The notes below the pieces were generated by a model. That model had not been told where the DNA came from. It saw nothing but the letters and a program-made list of their open reading frames with translations, and did no database searches. The position numbers were made by a program, and so were the translations under genes. A DNA stretch of 64,000 nucleotides from positions 928,001-992,000 of the forward strand of contig CAWDVE010000010.1 of the NCBI GenBank assembly GCA_963805625.1, given 5' to 3'. Positions 39,398 through 48,783 of this stretch are shown here, piece by piece (position 1 is the stretch's first letter; every line of letters starts with the position of its first letter). The DNA comes from an uncultured Candidatus Rokubacteria bacterium. Its GTDB lineage: Bacteria; Methylomirabilota; Methylomirabilia; Rokubacteriales; DASRDR01.

Positions 39398-40006
39398 TTA
39401 GGGCCGCCCCGCGCGGCTCCGAGGAAGCGGAGCGGCGCGCCCCGACCCCCAGGCCTCTCGCACGATCGCCCACCGCTCGTGATCCCGCCAGCGCCCTCCG
39501 ATCTTCAGGTAGCGCGGCGAGAAGCCCTCCTTCCGGAAGCCGAGCCGTCGCACGAGCCTGCGGGAAGCAAGATTCCTCGGCTGGATGTTGGCCTCCAGGC
39601 GGTGGAGTCCGAGACGCCGGAAGGCGTGGCGGAGGACGAGCGCCAGGCCTTCCGTCATGTACCCCTGTCCCGCGTGAGCCTGGAAGGCGTAGTAGCCGAG
39701 GTAGGCGCTCTGCAACGCGGCGCGCACGATCTCGCTCACGTTGACCACGCCCACGATGGCGCCGTCCGCGCGCCGGCAGACGAGCAGGCGGACCCGGTTC
39801 GGTCCGGTCGCTCTGAGCCAGCGCGCCACCGCCGGAGCCGTCGTCGGAGGGTAGACCCACGGTCGGTGGAGCCGGCGGCTCTTGCGAGCAAGCTCGGCGA
39901 GCGCCGGCGCGTCGCGCGCCTCGGGCGCCCTCAGCAGGACATGCCGTCCCGTCTCGAGCGCCCCTGACCGCCGGCGCCCGCTCGCCGGCTGGGGGGACGG
40001 TGGCAC
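39398..40006 (-). CDS. GNAT N-acetyltransferase (RimJ-like)
   Basis: 'QSAYLGY', 'GQGYMTEGL', 'LHRLEANIQP', 'EGFSPRYLKIGGRWRDHERWA'; start uncertain. Confidence 0.9.
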   Translation of the reverse strand: MPPSPQPASGRRRSGALETGRHVLLRAPEARDAPALAELARKSRRLHRPWVYPPTTAPAVARWLRATGPNRVRLLVCRRADGAIVGVVNVSEIVRAALQSAYLGYYAFQAHAGQGYMTEGLALVLRHAFRRLGLHRLEANIQPRNLASRRLVRRLGFRKEGFSPRYLKIGGRWRDHERWAIVREAWGSGRAAPLPRSRAGRP

Positions 40007-41109
40007 TAGACGACGACGCCGCGAAGCGTGAGCTCGCGAGCCCGGTGGCAGGCGACGAGGTGCCCGGGCGCGATCGCCTCGAGACGTGGCGTCTCGGTCC
40101 GGCAGGCCGCCACGGCGTACGAGCATCGCGGGTGAAAGTAGCAGCCTGGCGGTGGGTTCGCGGCGTCCGCCACGTCGCCCTCGAGCACGATGCGCCGGGT
40201 CCGGAGCCGCGGATCCGGCTTCGGCACCGCGGAAAGGAGCGCCTCGGTATAGGGATGGCGGGGCGTGGCGAACAGCCGCTCCGTATCGGCAACCTCGACG
40301 ATCCTGCCCACGTACATCACCGCAACTCGATCGCTGACGTGCTTGACGACCGAGAGGTCGTGGGCCACGAACAGGTACGTGAGCCCGAGCTCGGTCTGGA
40401 GATCGAGCATGAGGTTCAGGATCTGCGCCTGGACCGAGACGTCGAGGGCGGAGACCGGCTCGTCCGCGACCACGAGGCTCGGGTTGAGCGCGAGCGCCCG
40501 GGCGATGCCGATGCGCTGGCGCTGCCCGCCGCTGAACGCGTGCGGGAACCGCCGCATGTACTCGGGCCGGAGCCCGACCAGCCGCAGGAGCTCGGCCACG
40601 CGCTCGCTGCGCTCGTGCCGGGTGCCGACGTGGTTCACCAGCAGCGGCTCCCCGACGATGTCGAGCAGCGTCTTCCGGGGATTCAGCGAGGAGAACGGGT
40701 CCTGGAAGATCATCTGCATCTCGCGCCGGAGTGGGCGCAGCCGGCGCTTGGGCAGGGTCGCGACGTCGAGCACCTGGCCATCCCCTCCGCGGAACAGGAT
40801 CTCGCCTGCGGTGGGAGTGATCGCGCGCAGGATGCAGCGAGCCGTCGTCGTCTTGCCGCAGCCGCTCTCCCCGACGAGCGAGAGCGTCTCGCCCCGGCGG
40901 AGCTCGAAGCTCACGTCGTCGACGGCCCGGACGTACCCCGCGAGCCGGCGCAGGAGGCCCCGGCGAATCGGAAAGTACTTCCGGAGCCGCCGCACGTCGA
41001 GGAGCAGCCCATCGGTGGCGGTGGCCTCGTCGAGCCGGCGCGATCGGGCCGACCCGCCGTTGCCGGGATGGCCGACGGGCTCCGCGGCGGCGCCGGCCAG
41101 GTCGCTCAC
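40006..41109 (-). CDS. Oligopeptide ABC transporter ATP-binding protein (OppF-like)
   Basis: [16 protein letters not shown], 'HPYTEALL', Cys-rich C-terminus. Confidence 0.95.
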   Translation of the reverse strand: MSDLAGAAAEPVGHPGNGGSARSRRLDEATATDGLLLDVRRLRKYFPIRRGLLRRLAGYVRAVDDVSFELRRGETLSLVGESGCGKTTTARCILRAITPTAGEILFRGGDGQVLDVATLPKRRLRPLRREMQMIFQDPFSSLNPRKTLLDIVGEPLLVNHVGTRHERSERVAELLRLVGLRPEYMRRFPHAFSGGQRQRIGIARALALNPSLVVADEPVSALDVSVQAQILNLMLDLQTELGLTYLFVAHDLSVVKHVSDRVAVMYVGRIVEVADTERLFATPRHPYTEALLSAVPKPDPRLRTRRIVLEGDVADAANPPPGCYFHPRCSYAVAACRTETPRLEAIAPGHLVACHRARELTLRGVVV

Positions 41110-42219
41110 TGGCCCGCCTGGGCGCCGGCCGGAACCTCGGCCGAGGCACGCGGCGGATGGTGCAGGAAGCAGCTCACAGCCACACCGCTCTCCCCGTCGA
41201 GTGGCAGGAGCTCCGGCTCGTGGCGCTCGCACGTGCCCCGGATCCACTCCACGCAACGCGGGTGGAACGGACAGCCCGCCGGCCGGTTATGGGGATGCGG
41301 GATGGAGCCCGCGATGGTCGGCAGCTTCGTCCGGACCTGGGCCTGGATGGACGGGATCGACCGCAGCAGGGCCTGCGTGTACGGGTGCCGGGGCGCGTGG
41401 AAGATCGCGTCCACCGGACCGCGCTCGACCACACGGCCGAGATACATCACCACTACCTCGTCGCACATCTCGGCGACCACGCCGAGGTTGTGCGTGATCA
41501 GGATGATCGCCATCCCTTCCCGGGCCTGCAGGTGGCGGAGCAGATCGAGGATCTGCGCCTGTGTCGTCACGTCGAGCGCCGTGGTCGGCTCGTCCGCGAT
41601 GAGGACGCGCGGCCCGCAGGCCAGCGCCGTGGCGATCATCGCGCGCTGTCGCAGGCCTCCGCTCATCTGGAACGCGTACTCGTCCACGCGGCGCTCCGGC
41701 TTGGGGATGCCCACCTGGCGTAGGAGGTCGATCGCACGCTCGCGCGCCCCGCGCGCATCCAGGCCGAGGTGAAGCCGGATCGTCTCGATCATCTGGTTCC
41801 CGACCGTGTGGACGGGGCTGAACGAGGTCATCGGCTCCTGGAAGACGAGCCCGATCTCCCCGCCCCTGATCTGGCGGATCTCCCGGCTCTCGGGATCGAG
41901 CTGCGCGACGTCCACCGTCTCCTCCGGCCGGCCGTTCGCGGACGGGCGCCGGAGGCGGATCTCCCCGCTCACGATCCGGCCCGGCCGCTCCACGATGCGG
42001 AGGATCGACCGCGCGGTGACGCTCTTCCCGCACCCGCTCTCCCCGACGATGCCGAGGGTCCGTCCCGCGTGGAGCTCGAAGCTGGCCCCGTCCACCGCCT
42101 TGACCACCCCCTCCTCCGCGAAGAAGTACGTCCTGCAGATCCCGCACCTCGAGGATCGGGGTCAGACTTTGACTTCTTAACAATCCCGCGTCACCCGTGG
42201 CGAATTGTTTGGAAGTCAA
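41106..42219 (-). CDS. Oligopeptide ABC transporter ATP-binding protein (OppD-like), one +1 frameshift near 42135
   Basis: 'TPILEVRDL[fs][15 protein letters not shown]', [16 protein letters not shown]; the only in-frame candidate starts (TTG) lie inside the palindromic element. Confidence 0.88.
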
Positions 42220-42231
42220 AGTCTGACCCCG
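42157..42231. repeat. GGGGTCAG-tagged palindromic element (REP/REPIN-like), copy 1
   Basis: CGGGGTCAGACTTTGACTTC (42157-42176) / GAAGTCAAAGTCTGACCCCG (42212-42231), perfect 20-bp inverted repeat. Confidence 0.9.
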
Positions 42232-43434
42232 TCAGTGGCCGTAGGGGTCGGCTGCGTCGCGCAGGCCGTCGCCCATGAAGTTGAACGCGATGATCACGAC
42301 GATCACCGGGACCGCGGAGAACAGGAGCCACGGCGAGATCGCGAGCGCCTGGATGTTCTGCGCCTGCTGGAGAAGGACGCCCCAGCTGATCGCGGGCGGC
42401 CGGAGCCCGAGCCCCAGGAACGAGAGCGACGTCTCGCTGATGATCATGGCGGGAATCGCGAGGGTCGTGGCCGCGATGATGTGCGAGAGGAACGAGGGCA
42501 CCATGTGGCTCAGGATGATCCGGGGGCGGCTGCACCCGGCCAGCTCGGCCGCCATCACGAACTCCTCCTCGCGGAGCGAGAGGAACCGTCCGCGCACCAC
42601 GCGGGCAAGCTCGGTCCAGCCGATCAGCGAGATGATCACCGTGATGGCGAGGTAGACCTGGATCACTGACCAGTCGTTCGGGAGCGCCGCCGCCAGACCC
42701 ATCCAGAGCGGGATCGTCGGGATCGACCGCAGGATCTCGATGACGCGCTGGATGACGGTGTCGATGGCACCACCGTAGTAGCCGGAGATGCCGCCGAGGA
42801 ACACCCCTAGCACGAGCGCGATCGCGACGCCCGCGAGCCCGATGGTCAAGGACGTCCGGCTCGCGTACACGAGGCGCGACCACTGATCCCGCCCCTGCTC
42901 GTCCGTCCCGAGGAGGAACAGCGTCTCCTCCGGCTGGGCGTCCTCGACGCCCACGAGATGGAGGCTCGCCGGAACCAGCCCGAGGAAGTGATACTCGAAT
43001 CCGCGCACGAAGAAGCGCACCCGGATCTTCTTCGACGAGTCCGGCGTGTAGACCCGCTTCAGCGTGACCGGATCGCGCTGGCCGGTCAGCCCGTAGACGT
43101 GCGGGGAGAAGTGGCCCTCTTCGAACCAGTGGATCCGCTGCGGGGGAAGCAGCGAGCGCTGGGCCTCGGACGCCGTCGGCGGCGCGTATGCCAGGAACTC
43201 CGCGAAAATCACGCCGAGGTAGAAGAGCACGACGATGACCGTGGCCACCATCGCCAGGCGGTGGCGCCGGAAGCGCCACCACATGAGCTGCCACTGGCTG
43301 GCAACCGAGATGCGCTCCTCGGCGACCTCGCCGACCGCGAGATCGATCCCGGCGGCGACAGGTTCACCGGCGTCGGACCCCGGGCTGAGCGCGGTGACGG
43401 GCTCCGCGGAATGCCGCGCGTGGGGGACCGGCAC
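42232..43434 (-). CDS. Oligopeptide ABC transporter permease (OppC-like)
   Basis: 'WWRFRRHRLA', 'LGTDEQGRD', 'REEEFVMAA', 'ISWG', 'GDGLRDAADPY'. Confidence 0.93.
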   Translation of the reverse strand: MPVPHARHSAEPVTALSPGSDAGEPVAAGIDLAVGEVAEERISVASQWQLMWWRFRRHRLAMVATVIVVLFYLGVIFAEFLAYAPPTASEAQRSLLPPQRIHWFEEGHFSPHVYGLTGQRDPVTLKRVYTPDSSKKIRVRFFVRGFEYHFLGLVPASLHLVGVEDAQPEETLFLLGTDEQGRDQWSRLVYASRTSLTIGLAGVAIALVLGVFLGGISGYYGGAIDTVIQRVIEILRSIPTIPLWMGLAAALPNDWSVIQVYLAITVIISLIGWTELARVVRGRFLSLREEEFVMAAELAGCSRPRIILSHMVPSFLSHIIAATTLAIPAMIISETSLSFLGLGLRPPAISWGVLLQQAQNIQALAISPWLLFSAVPVIVVIIAFNFMGDGLRDAADPYGH

Positions 43435-43439
43435 CTCGG

Positions 43440-44434
43440 CTATCGCTTGCCTTCCATCCGGATGCGCGGATCGATCCAGAGCAGGAGGAGATCGGAGAGG
43501 AAGGTGCCGACCACCGTCAGGACTCCGAGCAGCAGGACGATGGTCCCGGCAAGGAACATGTCCTGGGCCACGAGCGCCTTCAGGAGGAGCGGCCCCACGG
43601 TGGGCAGACTCAGGACCAGGGACACGATGATGCTGCCCGACACCACGTACGGGAGGAGGTAACCGATCGTGCTCGCGAAGGGGTTGAGGGCCACCCGCAC
43701 CGGGTACTTCAGGATGACCCGCAGCTCGGGCACCCCCCGGGCGCGCGCGGTCATCACGTACGGCTTCCGGAGCTCGTCGAGCAGGTTCGCGCGCATGATC
43801 CGGATGAGCTGCGCGGTGCCTGCCAGTCCCAGGATGAGCGCGGGCAGCGGGAGGTGCTTGATCAGGTCCCACCCCTTGGCCAGGCTCCACGGCGCCTCGA
43901 TGAACTCGTCGGAGAAGAGCCCGCCGATGCTCATGTTGAAGTAGCGGAAGCCGAGGTACATGAGGACGAGGGCGAGCATGAAGCTCGGGACGGCGAGCCC
44001 GATGAAGCCGATGAACGTCGCGACGTAGTCCCCGACGGAGTACTGGCGGACGGCCGAGTAGATGCCGATCGGAAGCGCGAGGACCCACGTCAGGATGATG
44101 GCGGCCACCGAGACGACCATAGTGAGCCACAGGCGGTCCCCGATGACCTCTGAGACCGGGCGCCTCCACTCCAGCGCCATCCCGAACCGCCCCTGCACGA
44201 CCTGTTTCATCCAGCGGAAGTACTGGACCAGAAGAGGCTTGTCGAGCCCGTACTCGCAGTCGGAGGGCCTCCGCCTCCTGCTCAGAGACGCTCCCGCCCG
44301 ACGCCGACATCTGGGCGATGTAGGAGGTGATGTAGTCGCCCGGCGGCAGCTGGATGATGACGAAGGCGAGAACGGAGATCGCCCAGCACCGTGAGCAGCG
44401 CGAGGATCAGCCGCTGTACGAGATACGTGATCAC
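43440..44434 (-). CDS. Oligopeptide ABC transporter permease (OppB-like), two +1 frameshifts (near 44386 and 44256)
   Basis: 'ITYLVQRLIL..[fs]..IIQLPPGDY..[fs]..YGLDKP', 'YVMTARARG', 'IDPRIR'. Confidence 0.88.
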
Positions 44435-44454
44435 GGAAACCTAGTCTACCCTGG

Positions 44455-44522
44455 CGACGCCCCCGGCCCGCCTCCCGGGCGGCCGTGCTGGCCGCCCGGG
44501 ACCGGGACCGGAATGGGCGTCG
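44455..44522 (-). terminator. Long stem-loop 3' of the peptide-binding gene
   Basis: TCCCGGGCGGCC/GGCCGCCCGGGA perfect 12-bp core (44473-44501), outer CGACGCCC/GGGCGTCG; no U-tract. Confidence 0.5.
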
Positions 44523-44528
44523 TGACCC

Positions 44529-46613
44529 TTACGCCTTGAAGTAGTACGTCGAGGGCTGAGAGGTGCCCGGCGTCCGGCAGTGCTGAGCATTGATCTGCCG
44601 CGCCGCCATGTTCCCCATCTTCCGGCTGGCGATGCGGACCCCCATCGTCGCCGGCGACTGGCCCACCGTCCCGATGGAGTACTGGCCGTCGATCATGATC
44701 CGGAAGATCTCCTGAGCGATCTTGATGCGCTCAGGCAGCTTCTTCCCATTCGCGGTGCGGAACATCTCGAGCGCCTTGAGCAACTCGGGATCCTTCGGCG
44801 CCTTTCCCTGCTTGCCACCCGAGGCGTACCAATCTGCGATTGGGTGCCCCATCAGGGCCTCCGCCGGATCGACCGGGAGACCGTGGCGCGGGAAGAGGTA
44901 GAGCAGCTCGGTGCCGTCGTTCGCCCAGATCGCGATCTGGTGCTCGTTGCTCCGCGATCCGGGTGAAGAACAGGCTGCGCTCGACCTCCTTGACGTCGGC
45001 CTGGATTCCGATCTTCTTCCACTGCTCCTGGATCATCTCGGCGATCTGAGTGTGCGGGATGAAGGCGCCCGCCGCGGTCAGCAGCTCGATGCGGAGCCGG
45101 CCCTTGCCGTCGAGACGCAGCCGGTAACCGTCGCCGTCCTTCTTGGTGAGGCCGATCTTGTCGAGCAGCGCGTTGGCCTGCTTGAGGTCGAGCGTCGACC
45201 ACTTCTTCCGCCACTCGGGCCCCGGGCTGTAGGGCGTAGTCTCGCTCGGGGCGACGGATCCGGGTACGCCGATCCCCAGCCAGAACGTCTCGTTGAGCTG
45301 GTCGCGGTCGATGCCCATCGAAAGCGCCCGACGAAAGTCGGCCGTGTGGAGCCACTTGGCGATCTCGGAGTCGGCGTCGTAGGCGTGGTTGATCTGGAGC
45401 GTGGCGTCGGAGCCGTTCAGGGCCGGGATCGAGCTTGACGTCGTAGCCGACCTTGTCCCGGTTCTCGAGGAACACCGGGAGCTTGGTCATGGCCGTGTGG
45501 CGCTCCTGCAGATCGTACTGGCCGGCGATGGCCCGGAGGTTCAGCACCTCGAGGTTCTCGGCGAGCGTCATCTGGATCCGGTCGATGTACGGAAGCTGGT
45601 TGCCGGCGGTGTCGACCTCGTAGAAGAAAGGGTTCCGCTCCATCACCCAGGTCGGGTTGTTGATGGGCGTGACGATCTTCCAGGGCGTCAGCACGGGCAG
45701 CTCCGGGGTTGAGCCGCCAGTCCCAGCGGTTCTTGATGTATGCCAGCCAGCCGTCGAAATTGGCCGCCTTCGCCTTCGCGTTCGCGGCGTCCATCCCGAT
45801 GTACTTCGGGTGGAACTGCTTGATGTAGTGGGCCGGCATGTAGGCACCCATCGCGCGCCCCTGCATCTGCCAGAGGGCCTGGCCGCCGCCCATCGCGGTC
45901 GAGCCAGCCAGGATGTCGAGGAAGAGGTAGTTCGGCTCCGGAAACTCGAAGAGCACCGTGGTCTCGTCGATCTTCTTGATGACCCCGGACTTGCCGTTGA
46001 TCATGAAGTCCGGATGCGGGGTCGGCGTGATGTCCTTGTTCAGGTAGACGTCCTCGTACCAGAACACGAAGTCGTCGGCGGTGAAGGGCTTTCCGTCCGA
46101 CCACTTGTGCCCTTTCCGGAGGTAGAGGGTCACCGACTTCCCGTCGTCGGCGAGGAGCCACTGGCGCCCGACGCACGGCATAACCTTGGTGCCGGTGTAC
46201 TCCCAGAAGAGGAGCTTGTCGGCGGAGACGATGCGGTTGCCGTTCTCGCCGTCGCCGGGGCCCGTGAAGCCGCGGCGCCAGGTCCCGCCGTAGCGCCCGA
46301 TTTCGTGCACCGGCTTGATGACGAGAGGCTCCTTCGGGATGCGCTGCTCCACCGGCGGGAGCTTGCCCTGCTTGACCAGCTCGGCGAGCATCGGAGCCTC
46401 GCTGAACTTCGTGGGCCACTTGGCCGGGTCGAGGATCAGCTCCGGTCCCTCGAGCTTGCCGATGAGCTGGGCCCCGAGCTTCGGTGGGGCCGCCCCGCCG
46501 GCACTCTGCCCGCGAACGGTCCCCGGCACCCCCACGGCGGCAAGGCCTCCGGAGAGCAGGGCCGCGTTCCGCATGAACTCGCGTCGACTCACACCATTCC
46601 GCTTCCTCGGCAT
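44529..46613 (-). CDS. Family 5 ABC substrate-binding protein with Tat signal, three +1 frameshifts (near 45705, 45425, 44953)
   Basis: 'SRREFMR' Tat motif, 'EAPMLAELVKQGKLPPVEQRIP', 'KWSDGKPFTADD', 'GNQLPYID', 'FRRALSMGIDR'; continuous across four frame segments. Confidence 0.88.
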
Positions 46614-46693
46614 CACGGACCCTCCTCGTTGACGGTCCCGGTCGGAAGACAGGGGGCTCGGGGCACGCTGTGTCGGCCCGGAGTCTAGCACGG

Positions 46694-46811
46694 CGGGGTC
46701 AGACTTTGACTTCTTAACAGTTCACGGCGGGTCACGGCGGGTGACGAGCCCCTGGCCCACCCTGGCCGGATCCGCCACGGCCGATTGCTCGGAAGTCAAG
46801 TCTGACCCCCG
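46694..46811. repeat. GGGGTCAG-tagged palindromic element, copy 2
   Basis: 26-bp identity to the copy 1 left arm (46694-46719 = 42157-42182); right arm GAAGTCAAGTCTGACCCCCG; spacer contains TCACGGCGGG twice. Confidence 0.88.
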
Positions 46812-47797
46812 GCTCTGGCGGCTCCGCGGGCGTCCCGGCCGGCGATCCACCACGGCTGGGCGCAGAGCCAGCCCAGGAACTCGACGATCGTGTGCGCCGC
46901 CAGGTACGACGTGATCCCGGTGCCGATGTCGAGCATCGGATTCACCTCGACGAGGTCGAAGCCGACGATCCGCGTGTGCTCGGCCAGGGCCCGCAGCGTG
47001 TCCCGGAGCTCCGCGTAGAGGAACCCGTTCGGCTCGGCGGACACGCAGCCCGGGACCAGCGGGAGGTCGAGAACGTCGACGTCGACGCTCACGTAGCACG
47101 CCGCATCGCGAGGAATGCGGTCCACGAGGCCGCGCGGCGAGACGTCCCGGAACTCCTCCATGGTCACGATGCGGTTCCCGTCCCCCAGCGAGTCGTCCAT
47201 CATCACCCGCGAGTTCCGGAGGCTCCGGATCCCCACCTGCGTGAGGCTCCGCACGTGGGCCATCCGCGCGATGTGCCGGAACGGATGGCTGTTCGTCAGC
47301 TCGAGCCCGTGGACGAACGGCAGGTAGTCGAGGTGCGCGTCGAAGTGGACGACGTGGAGCGACTGCGCGTACGCGCGCACGACCGGATACGTGATGCCGT
47401 GGTCGCCGCCCAGTACGACGGGCAGTGCACCCCGGGCGAGGAGCCGGCGCACCATCTCCGTCACATTGTCGAACGTGCCCGCCACGTTGGTCGGCAGCAC
47501 GTCGGCATCCCCCGCGTCGACGATGCGGCCGTGGGAGAGCTCGTGGGTCAGGAACTCCCGCCGGAGCGACGGGTCGTAGTAGCCCTGACCGCGTCCGCCG
47601 AAGCGCATCGAGTGCTCCCGGATGCCCCGCGGCCCGAAGCGGGAGCCCGGCATGAACGGGGATCCCTCGTCGCTCGGGACACCCATCACCGCGATGTCGG
47701 CGTCGAGCCGGTCGAGGTCCGTCGCGATGACGGAGCGCAGGAACGACGGAATGCCGACGAACGGGGCGTTCCAGCGAGACTCGCCGGACGGTTGCAT
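46796..47797 (-). CDS. Ureohydrolase (arginase/agmatinase family)
   Basis: 'GSRFGP', GGDH, DAHLD, SVDVDVLD, 'DLVEVNP'. Confidence 0.92.
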   Translation of the reverse strand: MQPSGESRWNAPFVGIPSFLRSVIATDLDRLDADIAVMGVPSDEGSPFMPGSRFGPRGIREHSMRFGGRGQGYYDPSLRREFLTHELSHGRIVDAGDADVLPTNVAGTFDNVTEMVRRLLARGALPVVLGGDHGITYPVVRAYAQSLHVVHFDAHLDYLPFVHGLELTNSHPFRHIARMAHVRSLTQVGIRSLRNSRVMMDDSLGDGNRIVTMEEFRDVSPRGLVDRIPRDAACYVSVDVDVLDLPLVPGCVSAEPNGFLYAELRDTLRALAEHTRIVGFDLVEVNPMLDIGTGITSYLAAHTIVEFLGWLCAQPWWIAGRDARGAARAGGQT

Positions 47798-47808
47798 CGG
47801 CGGGCCGC

Positions 47809-48783
47809 TCAGGCGCCGATGCGCGCCGGCGCGCGGCCGCCCGTCCGCTCCGCGCTCGCCGGGCCGAGCCCGTGGCGCGCGAGCACCGCCGCGATCGCGC
47901 GGCGTTCCGCCTCGGTCGACGGCACGAGCGGCAAGGCGGGCATGCCGCTCCCGATCCCTATCATGGCGCAGGCCGCCTTGAGCGCCGGCAGCCAGTGCCC
48001 GATCTCGTGGATCGCGCAGAGATCCAGGACCGCGCCCTGGAGCCGGGCGCACCCGGCGCCATCGCCCCGAGACGCCGCCGCCCGGAGCTCGACCAGCAGC
48101 GCGGGCACCACGTTCGCGAGGCCAGGGACGAGCCCATCTCCCCCCATGCGGAGGCTCGCGGCCACCAGGTGCTCGTGGCCCTGGAGCACCCGGAAGTCGG
48201 TTCGTGTCGTCTTGATCGCGAGGAACGCCTGGAATGCGACGAAGTCACCGGCGGAGTCCTTGATCCCGAGGACCCGGCTGTCGCGCGCCATCTCCGCCAC
48301 CGTGGCGGGCGCGAGGATCTGGTGGGTGCATTGCGGGATATTGTAGAGAAGGGCCGGTCGGTCGGTCGCCTCGATCACCGTCTCGATGTGGCGCCGCTGG
48401 GCGGCCGCGTCGACGCCGAAGTAGTACGGAGATCCGACGACCACCGCGTCGGCCCCCTCGGCCGCCGCCTGGCGCGCCGCCTCCACCGCCGGCGCCGTGG
48501 CCGGCAGCATCACCCCCGCCAGGACCGGCACCCGGCCGGCGACAGCCCGGACGAACGCACGGACCACGACTCCGCGCTGGCGCGAAGTGAGCCACGCCCC
48601 CTCGCCGCAGCCTCCCAGAATGAATAGCCCGCTCGAGCCGCCCTGGAGCACGTGCTCCACCAGGATGCCGATCGCGTCGTCGTCGATCTCACGGGTGGCG
48701 TCGAGCGGCGAGATCGTCGGGGGGACGATGCCGGTGAGAGCCCCGTCCCAGGTCCAGCGGCGCCCGGCGCCCGGCGTCGTCAT
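47809..48783 (-). CDS. Dihydrodipicolinate synthase/N-acetylneuraminate lyase family aldolase
   Basis: 'LGGCGEG', 'LYNIP', Schiff-base 'IKDS', 'GGDGLVPGLAN'. Confidence 0.9.
   Translation of the reverse strand: MTTPGAGRRWTWDGALTGIVPPTISPLDATREIDDDAIGILVEHVLQGGSSGLFILGGCGEGAWLTSRQRGVVVRAFVRAVAGRVPVLAGVMLPATAPAVEAARQAAAEGADAVVVGSPYYFGVDAAAQRRHIETVIEATDRPALLYNIPQCTHQILAPATVAEMARDSRVLGIKDSAGDFVAFQAFLAIKTTRTDFRVLQGHEHLVAASLRMGGDGLVPGLANVVPALLVELRAAASRGDGAGCARLQGAVLDLCAIHEIGHWLPALKAACAMIGIGSGMPALPLVPSTEAERRAIAAVLARHGLGPASAERTGGRAPARIGA

Noticed and set aside
42232-44310. 692-aa ORF as an OppB-OppC fusion
   Set aside because: Artefact of oppB frameshifts joining an off-frame stretch to oppC.
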